Virus record (IMG/VR): IMGVR_UViG_3300029317_000051
Span: 1-24,189 of that record
Strand: one strand, 5' to 3'
From: a virus
Taxonomy: Duplodnaviria > Caudoviricetes
DNA length: 24,189 nt
Under the pieces are notes generated by a model. That model was not told the origin of the DNA and made no database searches. It was given only the letters and a program-made list of their open reading frames with translations. Below are positions 7,363 to 15,839 of this stretch, piece after piece (position 1 is the first letter of the stretch; each line of letters begins with the position of its first letter). Both the position numbers and the translations under genes were made by a program.

Positions 7363-7418
7363 GTATATACGGGGCAACCCGAAACCCGTGGCCGGGGCCG
7401 CCTCAGTAGGTACGAATA

Positions 7419-7931
7419 ATGGCAACACAAAAAGACATTTCCGAGCACCTTGGTGTAGGTGAGCGGCACATTAGAAAGCTTCTCTCTAGCTCAATACTTC
7501 CGGCGTCTAAGGGTGCCGGGGGGTATGACATTAATGCGTGCAGAATGGCGTATATAAACTACCTCCGCAACCTATCAAAATCCGGGGGTGAAGAAGCGGC
7601 CACGCCTACAGATGCAATTGATATTGAAGAGGAGCGAGCCGGACTAACAAAGGCTCAAAGAATTTCGCAAGAATTGAAGAATGAAATTTTAGAAGGGCGC
7701 TACATGCCCATCGATACCATTCAAGAAATCTTATCAAAAATACTTATACAGGTTGGTGGCATATTGGCGGCGCTACCTTTGAATCTCAAACGCAAGCACC
7801 CCGAATTAGAAAAGCGGGTAATTGATTCTATACAAGCTGAAATCATCAAGCATCAAAACGAGGCCGCAAAGCTTGACGAGTACATAGAACAGGCTGTTTA
7901 TGAGAGCATTGAGCAAGCAAGAGGAAGTTAG
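7419..7931 (+). CDS. nu1: Terminase small subunit (Nu1-like)
   Basis: N-terminal wHTH MATQKDISEHLGVGERHIR, coiled coil EERAGLTKAQ, C-terminal LPLNLKRKHPEL; overlaps the large subunit start. Confidence 0.88.
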   Translation: MATQKDISEHLGVGERHIRKLLSSSILPASKGAGGYDINACRMAYINYLRNLSKSGGEEAATPTDAIDIEEERAGLTKAQRISQELKNEILEGRYMPIDTIQEILSKILIQVGGILAALPLNLKRKHPELEKRVIDSIQAEIIKHQNEAAKLDEYIEQAVYESIEQARGS

Positions 7932-9861
7932 TGCAAGGGCAGCAATAAATGGAGTTAAAAAAGGGGTAGGTGTTTTATACACTGCGCCCCCTATGACTGC
8001 CGTTGAACATGCTGATGAAAATTTCTATATGTCGGCTGAGTCATCATACATTGAGGGCAAGTGGAAAACGGTTCCGTACCAAATCGCAATACTCAACGCG
8101 ATGGGCAATGATGATATTGACGAGGTTAATTGGGTAAAGTCGGCGCGCGTCGGTTATACAAAGTTATTAGCCTGTGCCATTTCGTATTTTTCAGAACACA
8201 AGAAGCGAAACGTCATAGCATGGCAGCCGGATGACGGAGCGCGTGACGATTTCAGCAAACAACACATTGACCCGATGATTCGTGATGTTGGTGTGTTGCG
8301 CTCGATGTTTCCACACTTAGGTAAGAAGCACAAAAACAATACGATAGATTGTAAGGTTTTTGGAAATCAACGACAGCTACATTTAAAAGGCGGCAAGGCT
8401 GCCAAGAACTACCGGGAAAAATCTGTTGACGTAGCGATTTATGATGAGCTTTCAAAGTTCGACGCTGATATTGAAAAAGAGGGAAGCGCTACATTCTTAG
8501 GCGATAAGCGTCTAGAAGGTTCGGTATTCCGAAAGAGTATTCGCGGAAGCACTCCAGGTATTCAAGGCGTTTGCCAGATTGAGGAAGCAGCGGGCGAAGC
8601 GTCTCATTCTTTCGAACGGTATATACCTTGCCCTCATTGTGGCGAGCCGCAAGTATTAAAGTTTGGAGGTCGTGGTTTAGATTACGGCTTGTCTTGGAGT
8701 CAAGACGCAGATGATGACGCTAAGCCTGATACAGCGCATTACGTTTGCCCTCACAATGGCTGCATATTTTATTACGCTGATTACCTTGTTGCAGACAGCG
8801 ACGGTTTTTACAAGAGTAAGAAGGGGCTAACAACCTACGACGGCTTAACATTTTACGACGAAGACGGAGCTATAGCACCAACACCTATAAGTGTAGCTTT
8901 TCACAACTGGGCGATACATTCGCACTTTTCACCATGGAGCCGGATCGTAAAGGATTGGCTTAAAGCCAAGCGAACGAAAGAAAAATTAAAGTCATTTGTT
9001 AATACGACCCTTGGCGAAACGTGGGAAGAGGACGAAGGCGAGAAGCTTGAGCCGGAAACATTATATGCAAGGCGTGAGCATTACCGTTCAGAAGTGCCAG
9101 TGAATAATTGTGTGTTGATTGGTTCTGTTGATACGCAGGGTGATCGTTTTGAAATTGAAACTTCTGCATGGGTTGCCGGGGAAGAAAAATACCTTATTTC
9201 ATATGAACGGCTATACGGCGATTTATCCCGGCAAGAGATTTGGGATAAGTTGGCGCAAAGATTAAAGCGCCAATTTGTTACGCCTTCGGGTGTTCTGCTT
9301 GATATTAAATTGGTTTGCATAGATTCAGGCGGCCACTATACAGACGAGGTTTATGCCTTCTCTAAGAAACATGGATTGACTCGATTTATACCGATCAAGG
9401 GCGCGTCAGTAGCAGGCAAGCCCATTGCAGATTTTCGCCGCAAACGATCAGCTCAAGGCGTTTACTTGACAATGATCGGTACTGATACCGCAAAAGAAAT
9501 AATCACATCAAGGCTAAAGATATTTGAGCCAGGGGAAGGCTATATACATTTTCCGGTTTCTGATGATTTTAGTGAGGAGTATTTCAAGCAGTTAACCAAC
9601 GAGCGTAAGAAAAGTAAAGTTGTAAAAGGTCGGCGCGTCGTTGTTTGGGATGCAGGGGGGCGACGTAATGAGCCTTTCGATACCGCAGTATATAACCTTG
9701 CAGGAATCAGAATACTACAACAAAACTTTGGCTTGAATCTTTCGACGTATATTAACGGCGAGTGTGAAGATGTGCCCGAAGTTGTTGTTGCGCCAGTGGT
9801 GCAACAAGCGCAAAAAATACAAGATCAAAATTATTTAGGATACGAGGGCGATTGGATATGA
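7900..9861 (+). CDS. A: Terminase large subunit (lambda GpA family)
   Basis: Walker A KSARVGYT, Walker B AIYDE, GSTP, CPHC motifs, FVNTTLGETW, nuclease motifs VDTQ, IDSGG and RNEPFD. Confidence 0.96.
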   Translation: MRALSKQEEVSARAAINGVKKGVGVLYTAPPMTAVEHADENFYMSAESSYIEGKWKTVPYQIAILNAMGNDDIDEVNWVKSARVGYTKLLACAISYFSEHKKRNVIAWQPDDGARDDFSKQHIDPMIRDVGVLRSMFPHLGKKHKNNTIDCKVFGNQRQLHLKGGKAAKNYREKSVDVAIYDELSKFDADIEKEGSATFLGDKRLEGSVFRKSIRGSTPGIQGVCQIEEAAGEASHSFERYIPCPHCGEPQVLKFGGRGLDYGLSWSQDADDDAKPDTAHYVCPHNGCIFYYADYLVADSDGFYKSKKGLTTYDGLTFYDEDGAIAPTPISVAFHNWAIHSHFSPWSRIVKDWLKAKRTKEKLKSFVNTTLGETWEEDEGEKLEPETLYARREHYRSEVPVNNCVLIGSVDTQGDRFEIETSAWVAGEEKYLISYERLYGDLSRQEIWDKLAQRLKRQFVTPSGVLLDIKLVCIDSGGHYTDEVYAFSKKHGLTRFIPIKGASVAGKPIADFRRKRSAQGVYLTMIGTDTAKEIITSRLKIFEPGEGYIHFPVSDDFSEEYFKQLTNERKKSKVVKGRRVVVWDAGGRRNEPFDTAVYNLAGIRILQQNFGLNLSTYINGECEDVPEVVVAPVVQQAQKIQDQNYLGYEGDWI

Positions 9862-10076
9862 CCAGCGGCGATATACAAGACATCATTGATGACTACATAA
9901 AAGCTGAGCGGGCAGTTTTAAAAGGCAAGGCTTATACCATTGCTGGGCGCTCTCTGTCACGAGAGAACCTTTCTGAGATTCGAGAAGGTCGTCAAGAGTG
10001 GGAGCAAAAATTGGTTTCTCAATCTGCGAGACAACTAGGTCAAAATAGCAATTACTCAATGGCGGACTTTACTTGA
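9858..10076 (+). CDS. Head completion protein (gpW-like)
   Basis: Small ORF between terminase and portal; YIKAERAVLKGKAYTIAGRSLSRENL motif; ATG at 9858 gives an ATGA overlap and is preferred to TTG 9852. Confidence 0.8.
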   Translation: MTSGDIQDIIDDYIKAERAVLKGKAYTIAGRSLSRENLSEIREGRQEWEQKLVSQSARQLGQNSNYSMADFT

Positions 10077-11647
10077 TGGGAGCATTTGATAAAGCGTTAA
10101 ATATTCTTGGCGATGCGTCAGGCGTGGTAGATAAAGCTATAGGTTATATTTCTCCTAGCTGGGCGGTTTCTCGCAATAAGTCTCGGTCAATGCTTGCGGC
10201 GTATGAAGCGGTTAAACCTGGGCGCTTGCGAAAGCTACAAAAAGAATCACGCGGACCTGATGCGGTTATGTTTGGCGCTGGCGCTTCGTTGAGAGAACAA
10301 GCGCGGTACTTGGATGAAAATCACGACTTAGTTACGGGTATTCTTGATACCTTGGTCGTCCGTACAGTTGGGCCAAATGGAATAAATGTAGAGCCAATGG
10401 TTCGAGATGATGAGGGCGAGCCATTAAAGGAATTCAACAAAGAGCTATTAGACGGGTTTAATGAATGGTATGAACGACCCGACGTGACCGGCGAATACAG
10501 CGGCGGGCAGTGCGAGCAGTTAGCGGCTAGAACATGGTTTAGAGACGGCGAGACGCTCACTCAACATGTAATGGGGATGAAGCCCGGCCTACGGCATCCA
10601 ACAAAAACACAATATCTTATTGAGCTTTTAGAGCCTGATTTACTGCCGTGGGACTATGAAGACGCAAAGGATAATATTGTTCAAGGTGTACAGAAGAATG
10701 CTTGGGGTCGTCCTACTCGCTATTGGTTTTATAGAAAACATCCAGGCGAACTAACAAGTTATAGAGTGACTCGCGCAGACGTTAAGCCGGTTGGCGCTGA
10801 GTTTATATCGCACTTGAAACTCACGCGCAGGATTCGACAAACTCGCGGCGTGTCAATTTTCCATAGTGTTATGACGCGAATTCAAGACCTAAAAGACTAC
10901 GAAGAGTCAGAGCGAGTAGCCGCAAGAATATCAGCGGCTATGGCTGCGTATATAAAAAAGGGGAACCCTGACAGTTTTGTCCCTACCGAATCAACGAACG
11001 ACCGATCCTTTAAAGTGCAACCCGGCTTAGTGTTCGATAGATTACAACCCGGCGAAGAAATTGGAACTATCCAAAGTAATCGCCCCAGCGCTTTGTTAGA
11101 GCCGTTTAGAAACGCAATGATTCGAATGATATCAAGCGGCACAAGAACAAGTTATTCAAGTGCAAGTAAAAGTTTTGATGGTTCTTATTCGTCACAGCGT
11201 CAAGAGCTGGTCGAACAATGGGATCATTACGCGACATTGCAAAGTGAGTTTATAGCGTCGTGGAAAATGCCGGTGTATAAAAATTATATTCGCGCTTCGA
11301 TTCTATCAGGTCGCCATGTCCTTCCTGGCAACATAGATTTAAGCACGCTAACTAATGCGCACTATCAAGGACCGTCAATGCCTTGGATAGATCCTAACAA
11401 AGAAAGTCAGGCAAACGAGAGGGATTTAAGAATGGGCGTTAAGTCTCAGTCTGGAATTATACGCTCTCGAAATATCAACCCGTCTCAATTGCGCGATCAG
11501 ATCAAGCAGGACAGAGAATGGGAAGAAGAAAACGACTTAGTATTTAGCGGCAATGCAAAACATGACTTGGTGCCGGAAATGCCAGAGGCGCAAACAGAAG
11601 AAAATAAACCCGGTGCAAATAGCGCTAAAACGGAAGAGGAAGAATAG
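10076..11647 (+). CDS. Portal protein, lambda family
   Basis: YEA..LREQARYLDEN, DGE, QTRGVS, YSSQRQELVE and MPWIDPNKE motifs; TGATG overlap places the ATG at 10076. Confidence 0.95.
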   Translation: MGAFDKALNILGDASGVVDKAIGYISPSWAVSRNKSRSMLAAYEAVKPGRLRKLQKESRGPDAVMFGAGASLREQARYLDENHDLVTGILDTLVVRTVGPNGINVEPMVRDDEGEPLKEFNKELLDGFNEWYERPDVTGEYSGGQCEQLAARTWFRDGETLTQHVMGMKPGLRHPTKTQYLIELLEPDLLPWDYEDAKDNIVQGVQKNAWGRPTRYWFYRKHPGELTSYRVTRADVKPVGAEFISHLKLTRRIRQTRGVSIFHSVMTRIQDLKDYEESERVAARISAAMAAYIKKGNPDSFVPTESTNDRSFKVQPGLVFDRLQPGEEIGTIQSNRPSALLEPFRNAMIRMISSGTRTSYSSASKSFDGSYSSQRQELVEQWDHYATLQSEFIASWKMPVYKNYIRASILSGRHVLPGNIDLSTLTNAHYQGPSMPWIDPNKESQANERDLRMGVKSQSGIIRSRNINPSQLRDQIKQDREWEEENDLVFSGNAKHDLVPEMPEAQTEENKPGANSAKTEEEE

Positions 11648-13744
11648 ATGACCGCTTTCAATGTTGAATTTGAAAAGTTAATTAATTTCGCTAGTAGCGT
11701 TGATACTAGCAAGATTGAAACCGGCATTCCTTTTGCCAAAGCCAGCGCAAGGCCTTTTTGGAACCTTGTTGCTATGGATAAGGGCAAAGCTGAGCTGTAT
11801 ATTCATGGCGTCATAGGGAATGGGTTGTTTGATGATGTTAGCGCCACAGACCTAATCAAGGAGCTTAATGCGCTAAATGACGTTAAAGAAATTACAGTAT
11901 TTATTCGTAGCGAAGGCGGGTCCGTATTTGATGGTCTTGCCATCTATGACGCGCTAAGAATGCATCCAGCGAAGATTATTACAGAAGCTCAAGGCATAGC
12001 AGCGTCCATGGCGACAATTGTTTTTTCGGCTGGTGATGAGCGGCGGATGTCTGAAAACTCTCAGTTAATGATTCACAACCCGTGGACAGTGGCGGGAGGT
12101 GATGAACACGACTTTAGGGCTGTAGCTGACTTGCTGGGGCAGGCAAAGCAAATAATGCTCAACATATATCAATCAGTTTCGTCTTTATCTAGAGATGAGC
12201 TTGTCGCTGTTATGGATAAGGAAACTTGGTATACGGGTGATACTGCGGAGGCAGGCGGTTTCGCAACAGAGGTCACGCGCCCTATTGAGTTAGCTGCATG
12301 TATCACAGGCATAGATTTAAGCGGGTTTTCTCATAACCCATTCAAAGATTTACTAAACCAGTCGGTAAAGTCCGACAGCATAAAAGAGGAAAGCACTATG
12401 CCGAATACGGCCACCCCTAACGCGTTGGACGACAAAAACCTAAATGTCGATGTTGATGCAATCGCGGCGCAAGCTGCAACAAACGCTCTAGCAATGGAAG
12501 CGAAACGACAAGGAAGCATCCGCGGTATTTTCGGACACTTCCAAGGGCAAGACGACCTGATGAACGAATGTTTAAGTGATCAGGGCTTGTCTGCTTCGGA
12601 CGCTCAGGCTAAATTGTTGGCAGCGCTCAGCAAAGGAACGGAGCCGCTTGGTGCTGATACGCGAGCCACCACTACAGAAGATCAAAGCACAAAGTTTAAG
12701 GCTGGTTTTTCTAGCGCTATTCTTGCTCGTGCCGGTGTTGGTAAACATGACAGCGCTAACGAGTTTCGCGGCCTTACTTTAGCAGAAGGCGCTCGCGCTA
12801 CCCTGGAAGCGCGAGGAATTTCAACCGGCCATATGGATAAGTTGTCCATGGTTGGTGCGGCGTTCACGCACTCAAGTTCTGATTACGGAACGTTGTTAGA
12901 AAATATTGCTAACAAGTCAATGTTAAAAGGCTTCGAAGAAACAGAGGAAACATTCCAAGAATGGACTACCCGTGGCGTGCTAACTGACTTTAAGGCAACT
13001 AAGCGCGTAGATCTAAATACATTCCCTGATTTGCTAGAAGTTGGAGAAGGGAGTGAGTACAAGTATGGAACTATGGGTGACCGTGGCGAATCAGTACAGC
13101 TTGCAACCTATGGCCGGATGTTCGGTATTACTCGTCAAGCCATTATTAATGATGACTTGAGCGCGTTTACTCGCATCCCTCAAAAGATGGGGCGTGCAGC
13201 GCCACGAACAATTGGTAATTTGGTTTACGCAATTCTAAACAGTAACCCCGCAATGTCAGATGGGACCGCTTTATTTCATGCGGATCACAAAAACTTAGGC
13301 AGTGGCGCGGTTTTAAGTTCTGCTTCTGTTGATGCTATGCGCGTGTTAATGGCTACCCAGAAAGACCCAGGTGAAAACGCAACAGCACTAAACATTAGAC
13401 TCGCGCACTTAATTGTGCCGGTTCAGCTTGAAGGTTTGGCTAAAGTTGTTACGGAATCTGAAACTGAAATTTCAGCGACCAATAGCAACAGCAAGCGACC
13501 TAACAGCGTGCGCGGAATTGCTGGAGTTATATCTGATGCGCGTCTTACTGGTAACGCTTGGTTTGGTGCTGGTTCTGCCGCGATGAATGATACTGTTGAA
13601 GTGTCTTACCTTGACGGCAATGAGTCTCCATACTTGGAGCAGCAAGCGGGTTGGTCAATTGACGGTGTTGAATTCAAGGTTCGTCTAGATGCTGCAGTAA
13701 AAGCAATTGACTTCCGCGCACTTGCTAAAAATGCCGGTGCTTAA
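11648..13744 (+). CDS. ClpP-like prohead protease / major capsid protein fusion
   Basis: SEGGSVFDG, AASMA (catalytic Ser), MIHNPW (His), ETWY; C-terminal capsid region AFTHSSSDY..TYGRMFGITRQAIINDDL..FKVRLD. Confidence 0.93.
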   Translation: MTAFNVEFEKLINFASSVDTSKIETGIPFAKASARPFWNLVAMDKGKAELYIHGVIGNGLFDDVSATDLIKELNALNDVKEITVFIRSEGGSVFDGLAIYDALRMHPAKIITEAQGIAASMATIVFSAGDERRMSENSQLMIHNPWTVAGGDEHDFRAVADLLGQAKQIMLNIYQSVSSLSRDELVAVMDKETWYTGDTAEAGGFATEVTRPIELAACITGIDLSGFSHNPFKDLLNQSVKSDSIKEESTMPNTATPNALDDKNLNVDVDAIAAQAATNALAMEAKRQGSIRGIFGHFQGQDDLMNECLSDQGLSASDAQAKLLAALSKGTEPLGADTRATTTEDQSTKFKAGFSSAILARAGVGKHDSANEFRGLTLAEGARATLEARGISTGHMDKLSMVGAAFTHSSSDYGTLLENIANKSMLKGFEETEETFQEWTTRGVLTDFKATKRVDLNTFPDLLEVGEGSEYKYGTMGDRGESVQLATYGRMFGITRQAIINDDLSAFTRIPQKMGRAAPRTIGNLVYAILNSNPAMSDGTALFHADHKNLGSGAVLSSASVDAMRVLMATQKDPGENATALNIRLAHLIVPVQLEGLAKVVTESETEISATNSNSKRPNSVRGIAGVISDARLTGNAWFGAGSAAMNDTVEVSYLDGNESPYLEQQAGWSIDGVEFKVRLDAAVKAIDFRALAKNAGA

Positions 13745-13762
13745 TTAAACCATTTGGCTATT

Positions 13763-13796
13763 AATAAGCGGCCCTAATACCGGGGTCGTTTTATTT
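13763..13796 (+). terminator. Hairpin/weak terminator after capsid gene
   Basis: AATAAGCGGCCC-TAATACCG-GGGTCGTTTTATTT, stem with G-U pairs. Confidence 0.5.
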
Positions 13797-13810
13797 GAGG
13801 ATTTAAAAGC

Positions 13811-14176
13811 ATGGCTACAAATTTCATTCAAGACGGCAGCACTATTGATCACGCTAATAGCAGCGGCTCAACGATTTTATCAGGTGCGGTTGTTGTCATT
13901 GGCTCGTTAATCGGCGTTGCAATTGCCGACATTCCTAACGGTGAAAAAGGCGCGGTACGGATTGAGGGGGTATTCGAATTGCCCAAAGTTGAGGCGGCTG
14001 TTATCGGCACTGGCGAAGATGTTATTTATGACATTACCGCTCTTGAGTTTGACGACAATGCGGCCACTGCGGAGGCTGGTGGTGTGTCGGGCGCTTGTGT
14101 GGCTGTAGAGGCTGCTGGTAACGGCGCGCTTACTGTAAAGGTTAAGCTTAACGTTGGCGTAGGTGTTGTCGCTTAA
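13811..14176 (+). CDS. DUF2190-family capsid-associated protein
   Basis: MATNFIQDG..SGAVVVIG..GVA..EGVFELPK..VKVKLN; follows the capsid gene; SD GAGGA. Confidence 0.88.
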   Translation: MATNFIQDGSTIDHANSSGSTILSGAVVVIGSLIGVAIADIPNGEKGAVRIEGVFELPKVEAAVIGTGEDVIYDITALEFDDNAATAEAGGVSGACVAVEAAGNGALTVKVKLNVGVGVVA

Positions 14177-14195
14177 TTTATTGAGTGATCGTTAT

Positions 14196-14223
14196 AAAAA
14201 AGGAGTTTAGCGGCTCCTTTTTT
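14196..14223 (+). terminator. Intrinsic terminator (possibly bidirectional) after DUF2190
   Basis: AAAAAAGGAGT-TTAGCG-GCTCCTTTTTT. Confidence 0.75.
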
Positions 14224-14235
14224 GTGAGTGGAAAA

Positions 14236-14511
14236 ATGTTTGAAGATGATCTGGGTGTCTTTTTTGATCTTGACGGGCATGGCGTGGAAATAATCCTCGA
14301 AAATGGCGACATAATCACGGGAATATTTGATGTTCCGCTATTCGATGATAATGGGATTGCCAGCTCATACCCTCAGGCAATGTGTAAAACTCGTGATGTT
14401 GAGCATGTTAACGAGGGTGACAAAGTAGAGATTGTGGGCGTGATGTACGAAATCCGAAGCTGTCCGCCTGGAGATGGGACGGGCGTTACAATGATATTTT
14501 TAGTGAGGTAA
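14236..14511 (+). CDS. Head-tail joining protein (gpFII-like)
   Basis: MFEDDLGVFFD..GIFD..GDKVEI..Y..DGTGVT..L; start moved to ATG 14236 because the GTG-14185 extension spans a terminator. Confidence 0.75.
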   Translation: MFEDDLGVFFDLDGHGVEIILENGDIITGIFDVPLFDDNGIASSYPQAMCKTRDVEHVNEGDKVEIVGVMYEIRSCPPGDGTGVTMIFLVR

Positions 14512-14514
14512 GTT

Positions 14515-14925
14515 TTGCACCCGAGAAGAGGAATACGATATGCATTCGCGCAAGCTCTTGACTCTATAGCAGGGGTGAAGATTTATAAGAATCGCGTCCA
14601 CTTAATTCCAGAAAGGTATTTGCCTGCAATTACCGTAATGTCTTCAGATGAGACGAGCGAGCGTCAATCAATGAGCATGGGAAGCGGCGGTGTTCTAAGT
14701 CGCACCCTGTCGATTATTTTGGAAGTGCGGGCGAGAGATAAGGAAGCGCTTGATGACGTGCTTGATGACTTCTCTGGGCAAATAGAGGACTTGATCAGCG
14801 TAGATCAAACCCTGGGCGGTGTTGCCCAATCGGCGGACCTGGTGTCAACGAGTTTTGATTATGTGGAGGAGCAGCCAGAAGGGATGGTGCAGCTCACCTA
14901 CGACGTGATGTATTCAACAAACTAA
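14515..14925 (+). CDS. Tail terminator protein (gpU-like)
   Basis: HPRRGIR..R..LPAITV..RTL..LDDVLDD..IE..TLGG pattern; TTG start after GAGG; sits before the tail tube gene. Confidence 0.72.
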   Translation: MHPRRGIRYAFAQALDSIAGVKIYKNRVHLIPERYLPAITVMSSDETSERQSMSMGSGGVLSRTLSIILEVRARDKEALDDVLDDFSGQIEDLISVDQTLGGVAQSADLVSTSFDYVEEQPEGMVQLTYDVMYSTN

Positions 14926-14938
14926 CAGGATATAAATT

Positions 14939-15328
14939 ATGCCAGATTATATTGGTAGTAACGGTGCGATTGATGTGGGCTCTGCGGTTGGGCAGCTTGT
15001 CAGCTTTTCACTTTCTCAGTCAAACGGTGTCGTGGACAATACCGTTATGGGGTCAAGCTGGAAAGATTCACGCGCAGGGATGAATGAATGGTCGGGGCAG
15101 ATGGAAGTTCTATGGGACCCGTCAGATGCGGGGCAGGACGCTTTATATGTAGGCGCTGAGATCGATGGAGTAAAGTTCCGGCCTCAGGGTAATTCAGCTT
15201 CAAATTCTGAATTTACCGGCGGGATCATTGTTTCTAGCGCAGAGTTGCCAGTTAGTATTGGTGAATTAATTAAGCAAACCGTTAGCTTTTCTGGGCGGGG
15301 CGCATTAGTAGAGGGTGTAATTGCATAA
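14939..15328 (+). CDS. Major tail tube protein (minimal, 129 aa)
   Basis: FSLS..DNTVMG..W..GMNEWSG..WDPSDAGQ..FTG..SFSGRGAL, typical siphophage tube pattern; SD AGGA. Confidence 0.82.
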   Translation: MPDYIGSNGAIDVGSAVGQLVSFSLSQSNGVVDNTVMGSSWKDSRAGMNEWSGQMEVLWDPSDAGQDALYVGAEIDGVKFRPQGNSASNSEFTGGIIVSSAELPVSIGELIKQTVSFSGRGALVEGVIA

Positions 15329-15720
15329 TGGATATTAATGCGGCGTTAAATAGCTATATCAAGCAAACAAAAGAATATCGTAAGTGTCATTTTATCCCTG
15401 AGTTTGCAGGAGATGACGGGATGCCAGCGCAGCTTTATTCCTCTGCTGTCACTCTGTTGGATGACAAGAAAATTGGCGCTTTTGCACAGCAAAACTCTAG
15501 TCAGGAAACGCCGGGCGGGTTTGATTTGATGGTACAAACAATCATCTATAAGCTTGAGCTTGAAGATGGAAGCAAGCCCTTTAATGCTAGTATGCATGAT
15601 CAAATATCGCAGCTACCTACGTGTTTTATTAATCGGCTGTATAAAGAGATTAATACGCGCCCAACGATAGAGGACCACAAAAAAAACTCACAGAAGACGG
15701 ACGCCTCAAACTTAAAATAA
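15328..15720 (+). CDS. Tail assembly chaperone (gpG-like)
   Basis: Lies between tube and tape measure genes; ends ..HKKNSQ.. over a slippery A-run. Confidence 0.75.
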   Translation: MDINAALNSYIKQTKEYRKCHFIPEFAGDDGMPAQLYSSAVTLLDDKKIGAFAQQNSSQETPGGFDLMVQTIIYKLELEDGSKPFNASMHDQISQLPTCFINRLYKEINTRPTIEDHKKNSQKTDASNLK

Positions 15721-15839
15721 CCCTGTGTTTCCGTCTTAAAATAACCCTTTCACAATTAGAAGCCCTGCCTATTGAAGAGGTAGAGCTTTTTTTTGCTGCC
15801 TTGATTTTGGAAAAAGAGAATGCCCAAAAACGTCAGTAA
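15684..15839 (+). CDS. gpT-like -1 frameshift extension of the chaperone (G-T)
   Basis: A AAA AAC at 15681-15687; the -1 frame is open to TAA 15837-15839: KLTEDGRLKLKITLCFRLKITLSQLEALPIEEVELFFAALILEKENAQKRQ. Confidence 0.8.
   Translation, partial: KLTEDGRLKLKITLCFRLKITLSQLEALPIEEVELFFAALILEKENAQKRQ

Noticed and set aside
14185-14235. GTG-initiated N-terminal extension of the FII-like gene
   Set aside because: It runs through an intrinsic terminator; ATG 14236 is more plausible.
1948-15328. Gene transfer agent interpretation (GTA-type holin, short tail tube)
   Set aside because: Q/pR', a cos-type Nu1/GpA terminase and a 653-aa tape measure indicate a genuine lambdoid phage.
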